Assembly: GCA_052279835.1 (NCBI GenBank)
Contig: CP181291.1
Span: 1,024,001 to 1,088,000 of the forward strand
DNA length: 64,000 bases
Reading direction: 5' to 3'
Source: Microcoleus sp.
GTDB lineage: Bacteria > Cyanobacteriota > Cyanobacteriia > Cyanobacteriales > Microcoleaceae
Positions 10,801 to 23,079 of this stretch are shown here, piece after piece. The notes below the pieces were generated by a model. It was not told the origin of the DNA, did not search any database, and worked only from the letters and a program-made list of their open reading frames with translations. Position numbers and translations under genes: made by a program. Position 1 is the first letter of the stretch. Every line of letters starts with the position of its first letter.

Positions 10801-11424
10801 TTAAAATTGGCGAATGATGGCATCTACCTGGACAAACAAGGAGTCGAGACTGGAGGAGTTGTCCAAAACAACATCAGCTTTCTGACACTTTTGCTCTAGG
10901 GGAAACTGACTATTAATGCGGGCATTAGCTAGATCGACACTCAAGCCATCTCGCTTCATTAGCCGTTCTAACTGTACAGAGGGTGAACAGTAAACTACCC
11001 AAATTTCTGTACATAAATCTGTCATGTTAGCTTCAAACAGTAGTGGGACTGCTAAAACCAGAGGCAATGTGTTTGTGGATACAAGAGGCGATCGAGCAAT
11101 GTAACTTTGAGTGGCTTCCACAAAACGGTGACGGACATAAGGGTGAATTTGTTGTTCTAGCCACTGCCGTTCCGCTGGGTTACAAAAAATAATATTTCCC
11201 AACTCCGGGCGATTTAAATTGCCTTCTGGGAGTAAAACACCAGCGCCGTAGCGTTCTACAATAGAACTCAGTATTGGCGAACCTGGGCGCACAGCTTCGC
11301 GGGCATAAATATCGGCATCTAAAATCCTCCATCCATAACGATCGGCAAGATAATTAGAGATAGCGGTTTTACCCGTAGCGATGCCCCCTGTCAAACCAAT
11401 GATCCGCAAAATTAGATCGCTCAT
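10801..11424 (-). CDS. coaE: Dephospho-CoA kinase
   Basis: IGLTGGIATGKT, DADIYAR, IHPYV, PLLFE. Confidence 0.96.
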   Translation of the reverse strand: MSDLILRIIGLTGGIATGKTAISNYLADRYGWRILDADIYAREAVRPGSPILSSIVERYGAGVLLPEGNLNRPELGNIIFCNPAERQWLEQQIHPYVRHRFVEATQSYIARSPLVSTNTLPLVLAVPLLFEANMTDLCTEIWVVYCSPSVQLERLMKRDGLSVDLANARINSQFPLEQKCQKADVVLDNSSSLDSLFVQVDAIIRQF

Positions 11425-11631
11425 ATTGCCTTGTTAGTTGAATTTCTATGTTTGGACAGTGCTTGCCAGTGTTTGCTATGTTGGTGACACACTCAAAATT
11501 AGACTAAGAATTTAAGATTTGAGAGCGAGAGCTCGCGTTAGGAATTGTGAGGATTGGGGTGCGATCGACTGTTTTTTGGCTAAAATATCCATTTTTTACT
11601 CCAATTAAGGTCTAGACCGAGGCAAACTATT

Positions 11632-14600
11632 ATGAATGCTCAACGTGCTGTACGGTCAATTCTGGCAGCAATTCCCATTGCCGGACTTTGGATATTAGAT
11701 TTTTCACCCAGTCTGCTGTTGGCGAAACAAAACAGCACTATATGGGTGATTGTAGGAATTTATCCCCAATCTCAAATTGCCTGGGCCCAATCCATTCTTC
11801 CCGCCGCAGACAAGACGAACACGACTGTTACCCCAGGTGCGACAGGGCGCTATGACATTACAGGAGGCGCTACCTCAAAAGATGGTAAAAATCAATTCCA
11901 CAGTTTCACTCGATTTGGTTTAAATTCTGGGGAAACAGCGAATTTTATTTCAAATCAGGGCATAAAAAATATATTTGGCCGCGTTGTTGGTGGCGATGCT
12001 TCGTTTATTAATGGGTTGATAAAAGTTAGCGGTGGTAATTCCAATCTATTTTTGGTCAACCCCGCAGGAATCATTTTCGGCAGTAATGCCCGCCTGGATG
12101 TGCCGGGCTCTTTTTTTGCTACTACTGCTAGCAGCATTGGTTTTGATAATCGTTGGTTTAATAGCACAGGAGTTAATGATTATGCAGCCCTGGTGGGAAC
12201 ACCTAGTGCTTTTGCTTTTTCAGCACAGTCAGGGAGCATAGTTAATGTTGGTAAATTAGCCGTTGGCAATGGACAAAATTTAACTCTGCTTGGGGGTACA
12301 GTCATCAGCACAGGAGAACTTTCGGCTCCTGGGGGTCAAATCACAGTCGCAGCAGTGCCGGGAGAGAATCTGGTGCGCTTGAGCCAAAATGGGATGTTGC
12401 TGAGTTTGGAAGTTTCTGGGTCTACTGGTGTTTCTGACTCAACTTCTTTGCCGTTTTCGCCACTGAGTTTACCTCGGCTGCTGTCTGGGGGAGGGAGTGA
12501 CCACGCCACCGGACTTAGCACCAATTCCCAAGGTCAAGTGGTACTGACTGGAGGAGAAGCTATTTCGGCAAGTCCCGGAACGGCTATAGTATCGGGTGCT
12601 GCCAATGTGTCAACTCCCAATGGCACAGGAGGTACTGTTCATGTCTTGGGGGAAAGAGTAGGGCTGTTTTCGGCCAAGATTGATGCTTCGGGAGCTGAGG
12701 GTGGGGGCACGGTGCGAGTTGGGGGAGATTATCGAGGTGGGGGAACTCTGCCTACTGCAAATATGACTTATGTCGATGGCAAGAGTTCGATCGCCATTAA
12801 TGCTACTCGATCGGGCAATGGGGGTAGCGCCGTCGTCTGGGCGGATGGTACAACCGTGTTTTCCGGGAATGTGAATGCTAGGGGTGTTTCTACAGTTCCT
12901 AATGTTGGTGGTGCGGGTGGGTTTGTCGAGGTTTCTGGTAAAAAAGGGTTGATTTTTAATGGGAGTGTAGATACTAGCGGTACAAATGGTTTGGGGACTT
13001 TGTTGTTAGACCCGGAAAATATTGTGGTGACAGATGCCGCAGCCGGTGCTGATGATGCTGCAATTTTGGCTAATGGTGGTATTTTGGGGGCTGCAACTTC
13101 ACCAGGATTTCCCGGTAGTTCAGGGAGTTCTTTGACTATTTCGGCGAGGGCTCTAGAGGGTATTTCGGCGACGACTAATGTGCTGTTGGAGGCTTTAAAT
13201 GATATTAAAATTTCTGATTTGGCAGACGATAGGTTGAGTTTTCAAACTACTACTGGTTCTGTGACTTTTCGGGCTGATGCCGATGGTAATGGTACGGGTT
13301 TGTTTGCAATGAATAGTAGGGATACTATTAGCACTGAAGGTGGGGCAATCGCCATTCTGGGCAGGCAAGTTACTGTAGGTAATTTGTTGAGCAAAGGGGG
13401 AAATATTAGCTTGACAAGTCAGGGAGAGATTGCTGGTAATAATATTTCGGCATCTAATCCCAACAATGGTCGCAGTGGCAATGTTTTGCTGGAAGGGCTG
13501 AATGTAAGGGCAGAAAAAGTTGATGTGAGTGGTTCCAGAAGTGCGGGAATTGTGAATTTAACCGCTCAAAATGTTCTGAGTGTTGGGGGGATTGCGGGCG
13601 GTTCGGGAAATATTAGTTTGACGGGCAATGAAATTAACTTGAAGGGTGGGAATAATTCGGTGAGTGGGACTGGTTTTTTGGTGTTGCAACCTTGGAGTCC
13701 TGCTCAAAATATAGCGATCGCGGGTACGGGTGATTTGGGTAGTAATAGTTTTTTGAATCTCACGGCGAGCGATTTAGGAAGTTTACAAAATGGTTTTGCC
13801 GGAATCACCATCGGGCGTAGTGATAGCAGCGGTTCGATTCTGGTTGCTAATAATTTGAATTTTTCAGACCCGCTGATGATTCAGTCACCTTCGGATCGGG
13901 GAACAATCACTACTACCAGTTCCCTCACCGGCACAGACAATGCCTCTATTACTCTGAAAGCTGATGGCAATATCAGAACTGGTAATATTTCAACTAACGG
14001 TCAGGAGATTCGCATCACCAGCCAAACAGGTAACATTATTGCCGATCGACTACGGACAGGTACAGAAGCGACTCTCACTTCTTCATCGAATTCTGGGGCG
14101 GTGTCGCGAGTGGCTGGGGATGTGACGCTGACGGCTGCGGCGAAAGTGACTGTAGGGGCGATCGATACTAGAGGAAATATTGCTGGTAATGTGAGCCTGA
14201 CTGGTAGGGAGGGAGTAAGTGTCGGGCCGGTGGAGGCTGGTGGTTTGCAAACAGCGGGCAATATTACTTTAACAGGTGGAGAAATTGACCTGACGGGTAA
14301 CAAAAATTCTGTCGCTAGCAATGGTAGTTTGGTGTTGCAACCAACGGAGGCGCGTCAAAATATCACCATTGGTGGTGATGGAAACAAAGAAGGTTTGAAT
14401 CTGACTGGGGCTGAGTTGGCGACTTTGCGGAATGGGTTTGTTTCTATTGCGATCGGGCGTTTCTGATGGTAATGGTCAAGTTTTGATTGGAGCTCCGACT
14501 TCAACACCCATGCCGAGTTCAACTCCTAACTCTACTCTAGTACCGACTGTTACTTTTCAAGACCCGATCGTGATTCGATCGCCCCTGGGAACCGGTACTA

Positions 14601-16762
14601 TCATGGGAACGGCTGCGATCGCGGGCATTGACAACGCCTCTATTACCTTAATCGCCGGTAGCGTCAAGATTGGCGATATTACCTCCCCCGCAGGCATCAA
14701 CATTACTAGCAGTCAGGGAAACATCACCACAGGAACTTTATCTTCTCGTTCCACCAACGGGGGGGCAGGAGATATCAACATCCGCAGCGCTAATGCCGTA
14801 GCATCGGGCAACATCGATGCCTTTGGTGCCAAAAGCGGCGGAGATATCTCCATTACCGCACCAGGTTCGATCGCGACTGGGGTGATTAATTCTAGTTCGG
14901 AGTCAGGAAAAGCCGGTTCTAGCACCATCACCGGGCAAAAAGATATTCAAGTTACTTCGATCAAGGCTCGTGGGAATACGGGGGGTGATGTGGAAATCAC
15001 CGCAGGAGGAGCTTTTCGAGCCACAGTTACCAACACAAGCTCTGAGGGCGACCCCGTTAGCATCTCCACAGAGGGCCAAGTGCGATCGGGTTCCCAGACT
15101 TTGTTGCAAAGTAGTTGCAAATCAGGAACCTGCACTGTTACGCCTCTGGCCACTGCAAATTCTAAGCCTAACACCACGACAAATACAACTACTGGCTCGA
15201 TCGCGATCGAACCGAGTCCAGCACCCAAGACAAGCATCCAACTGAAAACTACAACCAATTCCCAAGAATTGGTGGCGGCGCCGAATTCGATCGCGATCGA
15301 GCCGGTATCAAAGAGCACAACGACAAACATCTCTTCAGACCAGGCTGTCAGCTCCCTGGGGACTAGCAAAACTAGCACTCCAGGAGAAAGTCAACCACAG
15401 TCAGCATCGGTGTTAAATAACAATCTAGACACCGCTAGCTCCACCAACAGTGACGGAGGGACAACTGCCCAAAAGCCGGGTAGTTATCAGAGTGTGGTAG
15501 TTGCCGAAAGTTCTCGATCGAACAATTCCCTAACTCAACTAAATCCCATCGACGCAGTGCAGCAAAGAGAGCAAATTCAGGGGAAAGAATTTGAACGTTA
15601 TTTTGGCAGCAATTTATCAGGAAAATCTGTAACGCCACAAACTATTCGAGATACCCTCAGCAGCGTTAATCGCTTGACAGGAGTAAAACCTGCGATCGTT
15701 TATGTATGGGCGAAAGCCAACAATTTAGAATTGGTACTGCTCTTGCCCGATGGCAAAAATATCTTTAAAAGCATACCAGCCAGCCGCGAAACAGTGCTGC
15801 AAGTTGCCAAGGAATTTACCAATGCTGTGCGAAGTCCCCGGAGATTAAGCAGTGCTGACTATAAGGAACCGGGCGAGCAACTTTACCAGTGGTTAATTGC
15901 ACCCCTGGAAGCAGATTTGGAATTGCATAACATTGATACTCTAGCATTCTCGATGGATGCTGGTTTGCGAACTTTACCTTTGGCTGCTCTTTATAACGGC
16001 AAGCAATTTTTGGTGGAGAAGTATAGTTTGGGATTGATTCCTAGTTTGAGCTTAACTGATACTCGCTATAGCAGTATTAAGGATGCGAGGGTTTTGGCGA
16101 TGGGTGCATCGAAATTTCCTGAAAAGTACGATCAAATTCCTTTGCCGGCTGTGCCGCTGGAGATATCCACAATTGTGGGTAAGATTTGGCCTGGTTTGTC
16201 TTTTTTGAATGAGAACTTTACTTTGCCAAATTTGAGGGAAAAGCGTCAACAGGAGTACAAAATTATTCATTTGGCTACTCATGGTGAGTTTCAGCCTGGG
16301 GGTGCTGAGAATTCTTATATTCAGTTTTGGGATACTAAGTTGCGGTTGAGTGAGTTGGATGAGTTGAAGTTATCGAATCCGCAGGTGGAGTTGTTGGTTT
16401 TGAGTGCTTGTACGACAGCCGTGGGTGATGAACAGGCTGAGTTGGGTTTTGCGGGGTTGGCGGTGAATGCGGGGGTGAAGTCGGCTTTGGCGAGTTTGTG
16501 GTATGTGAGTGATGCTGGTACTTTGGGGTTGATGACGGAGTTTTATCAGCAGTTGCGTGTAGCTCCGATTAAGGCTGAGGCTTTACGACAGGCGCAGTTG
16601 GCGATGTTGCGGGGAGAGGTACGTTTGGAGGATGGTTATTTGGTGCGATCGGGTAATCGTCAGGCTTTACCTTTACCTGGGGAGTTGACGGCGCGGGGAG
16701 ACAAAAATTTGTCGCATCCTTATTATTGGGCGGCTTTTACAATGATTGGTTCGCCTTGGTAA
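11632..16762 (+). CDS. Filamentous-haemagglutinin N-terminal (TPS) domain + beta-helical repeats + CHAT protease; +1 frameshift near 14460
   Basis: [11 protein letters not shown]...[13 protein letters not shown] (haemagglutination activity domain), GTLLLDP, and C-terminal [10 protein letters not shown] / LVLSAC / HPYYWAAF (CHAT). Two ORFs, 11632-14466 and 14432-16762, join if one T is removed from CGTTTCTGAT. Confidence 0.85.
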
Positions 16763-16767
16763 TTAGT

Positions 16768-16988
16768 AATTGGGAATTGGGAATTGGGAATTGGGAATTG
16801 GGAATTGGGAATTGGGAATTGGGAATTGGTAATTGGTAATTGGGAATTGGGAATTGGTAATTGGTAATTGGTTATTTGTTATGAGTTATTTGTTATGAGT
16901 TATTTGTTATGAGTTATTTGTTATTCGTCCTCACAAATAACTAATAACTCATAACAACATTCAACATTCAACATTCAACATTCAACAA
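16768..16988. repeat. Short tandem repeats (STRR-like): (GGGAATT)n, (TTATTTGTTATGAG)n, (CAACATT)n
   Basis: Directly visible arrays between convergent genes. Confidence 0.9.
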
Positions 16989-18177
16989 TCATTGCAACTG
17001 TTCGATTCTTTTAAGGGCGTCTTGATAAGCACTTGTTCTCCCACCTTGTTTGTAAAGTTCTGCTGCTTTTTGAAAGTCGGCAATGGCTTGGGGTTTATCT
17101 TTGTTTTCGAGGTGGGCTAGGGCTCGGTTGTAGTAGGCGTCGGCAAAGCCGGGATTGGCTGCGATCGCCCGCGTGTATGCTTGAATAGCGCTTGGACCAC
17201 GGGTGGGATCGACGCTGACGCTGCCGATGAGAGTGCGGGCATTACCGATATTGAAGTATATTTCGGGAGTGTAGTTAGACTTAGAAGCAAGCGCCTTGTT
17301 GAAATCCGCGATCGCCTCCCAAGCATCTCCTTGATCTAACCGCGAAAGTCCTCGAAAATAATAGGCTTGGGGATCTTGAGGATTAGTGCTCGATACCGGG
17401 CCTTGGATTGCGGGGGTATTGTCTAGTTTCAATTCCGATGGTTTCATTCCCGTCATGGCCAGTTTCGCCATAAAAGTATTGATCGGAACTGCTGCATTAA
17501 ATCCTGTTTTAATGGGGGCGACTTCACCGGAAACTGGTTTGGGCGAAACCAAACTCGCCTTGTCCGTGTAAGCCGATGACTCGACCTTCGGAGTCAAACA
17601 CTGGCCCGCCACTCATACCACTCCAAGTTACTGCTTGATATCGCAAAGTGTAACCTTCGGGTCGATTTCGCGGGCGGCTGGTAACGAGTCCGGGAGAGAG
17701 TTCTGGTTCTCTTTCGGCGCCGAAAAGTCCGCCGGTAGCAGGATACCCGTAAACGAAGATTTGAGTGCCGATGACGGCTTGATCGGAATCGGCGATCGTT
17801 GCTACTGGGTATTCTTCTGGACTTTCAAATTTGACTAAGGCTAAATCGGCTTCGGTTTGGGATGTTTGCAAGCGGGTGACTGAGGTTGCTTGATAGTTTT
17901 TGCCAATGGAAGTGCGAACTGTATATTTGACATCGGCTTTTTCTACTACGTGGTTGACGGTTAAAACTGTGTAATTTTTGCCGTTTTTGGCAATAATTAC
18001 GCCGGAACCGTCTCCTAGGGTGCTGTTAACTTGTACTGTCAGTGGTCCGGCAATGTTGGCTACTTCTTGGGGAGTTTTGGCGATCGCTGGTTGGCTGATA
18101 ATGATTGTTAAGGCTGCGACGGTAGTGCCTGCTAGTATGCTGCTTAAGGTATCGAAACGGGAAAAATTTATATTCAT
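16989..18177 (-). CDS. Trypsin-like serine protease + TPR protein; +1 frameshift near 17532
   Basis: GSGVII, LTVNHVV, DLAL, GMSGGPVFD triad motifs in 17524-18177; TPRs (AYYFRG, AYYNRA) in 16989-17612. Removing one T from AGTTTCCGGT fuses the frames (QTSSGEVAPIKTGFN). Confidence 0.85.
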
Positions 18178-18382
18178 GGCTATTGCTAATTAGTATTTGA
18201 CCAGGGAATTTTTGCCGCGGGGGATGGAATGTTTGTGCTGTGTGGGTTTTTAGTTTTATTAATTGGTTGACGGAAACCCTGTCTAGTTTGTTCTTGTTCT
18301 TGATTAATAATTTTACTCGCTATTTTTCCGATTTTTTTCAGTTCAAAGACTAAGCGATCGCACTTTAAACCCCAGGATTTAT

Positions 18383-18988
18383 TTACTGTACTTGACTGCC
18401 GTGGGCGCGGGGGTCGGAACTGCTGGTTTTCGTTGGTCCTGTGGCGGGAGTAAAATTAGAAACTTGACCTACTGATTGAGCGTGGGGCAACTCTTTCCCT
18501 GCAATTAAAGCTTGTAAATTAGCTTCCATAATGCTGCGGGGCGCTTCCCCGATAGTTTGAGCAACGGCGCTACCTTTATTGTTTAAATAAACGAAGTGGG
18601 GGATGCCATCTACTCGATATTTGGTAATTTCTGGTAGCCATTTGTCATTGTCCACATTCAGCATCACAAAATTTAGCGGTTCGGCATATTTTTGTTTAAT
18701 TTCGCTCAAATCCTTTGCCATTGCCTGACAGCTACCGCACCAATTAGCATAAAATTCCATGAGTGTGGGCTTGCCATTGGTTAAAGCTGTTTCTATTGGT
18801 GCGGAGGCTTTTGCCATTTCGGTGAGACTACTCGATGGCGTTTGGGTCCGTAGTCCAAAAAACATGGATGCCGCCAGGGCGATCGCTGCTAACACCACTA
18901 ATAAGTTTCTGAGCCGTGACGCTGCTGAATTTGTTTCGGAATTTTTGGTGGCCTCGACAGCACTTGACTTTGGCGAATTGGGACTCAT
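18383..18988 (-). CDS. txlA: Thioredoxin-like protein TxlA/HCF164
   Basis: N-terminal TM, EFYANWCGSC, VDGIPHF. Confidence 0.85.
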   Translation of the reverse strand: MSPNSPKSSAVEATKNSETNSAASRLRNLLVVLAAIALAASMFFGLRTQTPSSSLTEMAKASAPIETALTNGKPTLMEFYANWCGSCQAMAKDLSEIKQKYAEPLNFVMLNVDNDKWLPEITKYRVDGIPHFVYLNNKGSAVAQTIGEAPRSIMEANLQALIAGKELPHAQSVGQVSNFTPATGPTKTSSSDPRAHGSQVQ

Positions 18989-19174
18989 AAAATTGATTAC
19001 AATTTTAATTCTAGGTTTTTATTTTAAATAACCGTCTTTGATTATACCATATTTTGAGATAATAAGCTATCTGCTATCAATAATTTGGCTCCCTTGACAT
19101 ACTCACCGCCTAGGCAAAGTAAGCTAAAACATAAGAACCGAAAAATTGCTGGTAAATTACCGAGGATTAAAGGC

Positions 19175-19579
19175 GTGAAAAAACGGGTAACGCTGACGTT
19201 TCCGCAACGATCGATCCAAATGCCTGTAACCTATAGACTGGCAAAGGATTTTAATGTAGCAGCCAATATTATCCGGGCCCAGGTGGCTCCGAATCAAGTT
19301 GGCAAACTGGTGCTAGAGTTAGCAGGGGACATAGACCAACTAGAAGCGGCGATCGACTGGCTGCGATCGCAAAATATTGGAGTTTCCCTCGCCAGCCGTG
19401 AAATACTCATAGATGAAGATGTCTGCGTTCACTGTGGCTTGTGTACGGGAGTTTGCCCCACAGAAGCCTTGACCCTGAACCCAGAAAGCTTTAAACTAAC
19501 TTTTGTTCGATCGCGCTGTATAGTGTGCGAACAGTGCATCCCTACCTGTCCGGTGCAAGCTATTTCTACTAACCTGTAG
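19175..19579 (+). CDS. NIL domain + 2x[4Fe-4S] ferredoxin
   Basis: KKRVTLTFP..NIIRAQV (NIL); CVHCGLCTGVCP and CIVCEQCIPTCP. GTG start at 19175 assumed. Confidence 0.9.
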   Translation: MKKRVTLTFPQRSIQMPVTYRLAKDFNVAANIIRAQVAPNQVGKLVLELAGDIDQLEAAIDWLRSQNIGVSLASREILIDEDVCVHCGLCTGVCPTEALTLNPESFKLTFVRSRCIVCEQCIPTCPVQAISTNL

Positions 19580-19675
19580 GCTGCCTAAACACTAATTATT
19601 TATCAAATTCTCTCCTCTATTGCCCGCCATTTCCCCCTCTCCCCCTTCACCGAGCATCCCCAAACTGTTGAGCAG

Positions 19676-20119
19676 ATGAGAAAAAACTCTTGGCCTTCCC
19701 TCACTCTACTTTTTATTAGCTATTTTTGTTTGGGCTGGAAATTATCGGAATTTGATGTTCCTCCCCATATTGTTTGGTTTTTAACTGTAGCTGTTAGTTT
19801 AATCCTATCGATAGCCTTGTCGTTCCCCTTGAGGAACACAAAAACCTTAATTATGCGATGGTTATCGACAGATGTGGGTGCTTTTCTTTCTATTATTGTG
19901 GGCTCTTTTTTAGCAGTGATAGTTGTGACTTGGCTCCACCTTTTTACTACTTGTTTAGTCTTGACATCAGCCGGAGCTTTGGCAAGACTTGATATTCAAA
20001 TATCGGGATTCAAGAGATGGCGGTCTTTTTTGATGTTAGCTACTATTTCTCTGACTGGTTTGGGTTTGGGAGGAACCCTAGAGTTTTTATCAAAAACTGG
20101 CAGACTTGTATTGTTTTAG
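19676..20119 (+). CDS. Conserved cyanobacterial membrane protein
   Basis: Multi-TM 147-aa ORF with LARLD motif. Confidence 0.7.
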   Translation: MRKNSWPSLTLLFISYFCLGWKLSEFDVPPHIVWFLTVAVSLILSIALSFPLRNTKTLIMRWLSTDVGAFLSIIVGSFLAVIVVTWLHLFTTCLVLTSAGALARLDIQISGFKRWRSFLMLATISLTGLGLGGTLEFLSKTGRLVLF

Positions 20120-20517
20120 TTTGGCATGGGCACGGAAAGAAGCAAGAAGTCACCTAACAACGGATTGCTTTTGCCTTTCAATTTGCAATAAAAAAGCAGC
20201 TTGAAGGAGCTGCTAGTCAGAATTGCATGAGGTATTGTTTTCAGAATAAGGCAGCTTAAATTCGATCGATGCTGGGTTACATTTTTTGATACAAGAGATT
20301 TTCTCAGTGCATGGACGATTATAAAATCGTCACATAGGCAGATAGCGTTGAGCATAAATTTTCCGACAATTAAAGAAGCGTTTAACTGTCCTTGCGCCCT
20401 ACAGCCCGACCGCGGTGTGGGGCCATTTTATTTTTTGGCACAACTCAATGATTCTTGACAGACATCCCTGTCGCTTTTGTATCTAGCTCTTCCATAGACG
20501 GCGCTAACACGGGTCAA

Positions 20518-21075
20518 TTAATTAATATCATTTCCGATTTTTGATTTAAGAACTTTTTTGATGTGGTCGATCGCCCTAGCAGCAACAACTTCCGGCGTTT
20601 CCCTAATATTAGCGCTGACTCGGACATCTGCTTGAGCATAGAAACGCTCTCGCTGCTGCCACAGGGTTTCCAGCTTGGATTTGATCTCCCCATCCCGCAG
20701 TAGGGGGCGAGTGGTGTCTTCTCGCAGCCGATCGCACAATTGATCTACAGGCACATCCAACCAAACCACTATACCGTGGTGCAGGTAACTCCAGTTAGTC
20801 AATCGCAAAATAGTGCCACCACCAGTAGCAACGACTAAATTAGTATAAGCCGACAATTGACCGAGCACTTGAGTTTCTAATTCCCGAAACGCTTCCTCTC
20901 CTTGATTCGCAAAAATATCTGCGATCGACTCATTAGCAACTTGAGCAATTACGGCATCAGTATCAAAAAAACGGTAGTTTAATTCCCTCGCCAAAATCCG
21001 CCCCACGGTTGTTTTCCCCACACCCATCATCCCGACGAGATAGAGATTAACTCCTCGCAACAAATCCACAATCAA
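20518..21075 (-). CDS. aroK: Shikimate kinase
   Basis: GMMGVGKTTVG, FFDTD, GEEAFRELE, VVATGGG, RPLL. Confidence 0.96.
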   Translation of the reverse strand: MIVDLLRGVNLYLVGMMGVGKTTVGRILARELNYRFFDTDAVIAQVANESIADIFANQGEEAFRELETQVLGQLSAYTNLVVATGGGTILRLTNWSYLHHGIVVWLDVPVDQLCDRLREDTTRPLLRDGEIKSKLETLWQQRERFYAQADVRVSANIRETPEVVAARAIDHIKKVLKSKIGNDIN

Positions 21076-21091
21076 ATCCTCCGATAGTGTG

Positions 21092-21976
21092 CTATTTTTT
21101 CAGGTTAATCGGGCCACCACTGGGGCTATCGCCCTCCAACTCATCATCCTCATCCAATCCCCAATCCTCCTCATCTTCTGTATTATTTGGAGCTACTTCC
21201 CCATCAGCTATGTCAGGAATCGGCGTCCCTTGGGGAGGAGGAATCACCCGATAGTCGGCATCGTAGACAGACTCTGTTTGTCCAACCCCAGATTTGCTCG
21301 GATCGCGATAGCCATAGGAGTAGACAGAGCCTGACCAGGACTGGCTTTTGGGTTCCTGTTTGGCTTCGTAATCCCTTGGATTTGCCTCTAAAACGTCATT
21401 TACAGGCGGTCGATCGACAATTTCGCGCTCGTCCCCCCAATCATCATCACCCTGTTGAGAGCCAATTTTAGAGGGTTCAGAAACCCAATCGTCCTCATCA
21501 TCGGCTGCGATAGAAGTTCCAGCTTGAGCAGAAGTTGTAGCATTACCAGAGTTTGGGGGCCTAACATCCTGCTGGAAAGTCTGAGCATTATAAGCAGTGG
21601 GCGTACCATACTCAGTTTGGTATCCAGAAGCGGGCTGAGTTTCCCGATTACCCCTAGGGCGATCGGGGTTAATTTCCTGTTTTCTGGGAGCAGGAGACGC
21701 TGAGTAAGGTGTCCTCTGATCCTGAGCAAAAGTATTGCGAGGGGGACTGTTGCGACTGGTGCGGCTTCGCATTTGAGATAGGTAATTTGAGAAAGCGAGC
21801 AAGCCAGAAATCAACAAAGAAGTGACAACTCCTGTGCCCATACTGAATAATATCCAGATGGATAGTGGCACAGCGGGCGATCGCATTCCCAAAAACACCA
21901 GGGATACCGGAGCAACATTTTGCAGGGCAAAAATAGTCAGCCCCACCACAATTACTAGCAAAAATAAAGCACGCAT
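21092..21976 (-). CDS. LapA-family N-terminal TM protein with acidic disordered tail
   Basis: [19 protein letters not shown] motif. True start ATG 21976; the ORF-track extension runs through an STRR array. Confidence 0.75.
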   Translation of the reverse strand: MRALFLLVIVVGLTIFALQNVAPVSLVFLGMRSPAVPLSIWILFSMGTGVVTSLLISGLLAFSNYLSQMRSRTSRNSPPRNTFAQDQRTPYSASPAPRKQEINPDRPRGNRETQPASGYQTEYGTPTAYNAQTFQQDVRPPNSGNATTSAQAGTSIAADDEDDWVSEPSKIGSQQGDDDWGDEREIVDRPPVNDVLEANPRDYEAKQEPKSQSWSGSVYSYGYRDPSKSGVGQTESVYDADYRVIPPPQGTPIPDIADGEVAPNNTEDEEDWGLDEDDELEGDSPSGGPINLKK

Positions 21977-21984
21977 AATAATAT

Positions 21985-22148
21985 TGGGAATTGGGAATTG
22001 GGCATTGGGAATTGGGAATTGGGAATTGGGAATTGGGAATTGGGAATTGGGAATTAATCTGCCAATTAACCAATAACAACTAACCAATAACAACTAACCA
22101 ATAACAACTAACCAATAACTAATGACTAATGACTACTGACTAATGACT
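21985..22148. repeat. Short tandem repeats (GGGAATT)n, (CAACTAACCAATAA)n, (TGACTAA)n
   Basis: Directly visible. Confidence 0.9.
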
Positions 22149-22151
22149 TCT

Positions 22152-22787
22152 TTAATCTTCCTTCCAACGTTTTAGAGGCACACAGTCAATACCCAACTGG
22201 TCTAAAGTACGAGCCACCACAAAATCTACCAAATCTTCAATAGTTTGCGGATTGTGATACCAAGCAGGAATCGCTGGCACAATTCTAGCTCCAGCTTCTG
22301 CCAAAGTAGTCAAATTCCGCAGGTGAATCAAACTAAAAGGCGTTTCCCTGGGTACGAGTACCAATTTTCGCCCTTCCTTGAGTTGAACATCGGCCGCTCT
22401 TTCGAGCAAATCCGAACTCAAGCCAGCCGCTAATTTGCCCAGCGTACTCATGCTACAGGGAATAATGATCATCCCTTGGGTGCGAAAGGAGCCACTAGCA
22501 ATATTAGCACCGACATCTTGCCACGGATGACAGCGGAGTTTGCCCATTTTCGGGACTCCTGCTTTTTCCCGCCAGAATTCCTCTTGAAGCGTTGGTTCTG
22601 CGGGCATTCGGATGTTCTGTTCGCTTTGCCAAACCATGTAAGTAGATTTAGATGCTACCAGTTCCACAGCGCGATCGGCTTCCAAGAGATATTTGAGAGT
22701 TCGCACCGCGTAAATCAGTCCCGATGCACCAGTAACTCCTAGGATTAGAGGCTTGGCGCGGACTGAAACAGAATTCGTCATGGGCAA
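22152..22787 (-). CDS. ubiX: Flavin prenyltransferase UbiX
   Basis: GVTGASG, IASGS, PCSMSTL, LVPRETP. Confidence 0.95.
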   Translation of the reverse strand: MPMTNSVSVRAKPLILGVTGASGLIYAVRTLKYLLEADRAVELVASKSTYMVWQSEQNIRMPAEPTLQEEFWREKAGVPKMGKLRCHPWQDVGANIASGSFRTQGMIIIPCSMSTLGKLAAGLSSDLLERAADVQLKEGRKLVLVPRETPFSLIHLRNLTTLAEAGARIVPAIPAWYHNPQTIEDLVDFVVARTLDQLGIDCVPLKRWKED

Positions 22788-23079
22788 ATATCCAGCAATA
22801 AGCTCACTAATTATACCGCGATCGAATTACCCCAACATTGCCGACTTGATATTAATTATCTACTTCTTCCTTCTTCCTTCTTCCTTCTTACTTCTTCCTT
22901 CGCGTCCTTCGCGTCTTCGCGGTTCAATAATACTAATTCTTCTGGCACGAAAGCAGTAAAATTACCAATGTCGCCTTACGCAGCTTTTCTAAGTAGAGTT
23001 GGGTTTCGCTATCGCTCTACCCAACCTACAAAATAAAAAGGGTTAACCGTCAACAATCAAGTGTCAACAATCAACTGAG

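Noticed and set aside
14455..14470. Programmed ribosomal frameshift in FHA-CHAT
   Set aside because: No X XXY YYZ slippery heptamer; similar +1 lesions in unrelated genes point to sequencing error.
16768..16988. Tandem arrays as a possible CRISPR array (also 21985-22148, 32140-32390, 33745-33862)
   Set aside because: 7-14-bp head-to-tail repeats without unique spacers; ordinary cyanobacterial STRR-type repeats, and no cas genes.
21977..22093. ORF-track N-terminal extension (IPNSQFP repeats) and ORFs 21669-22079, 21822-22076
   Set aside because: Translation of STRR heptamers, not real coding sequence.
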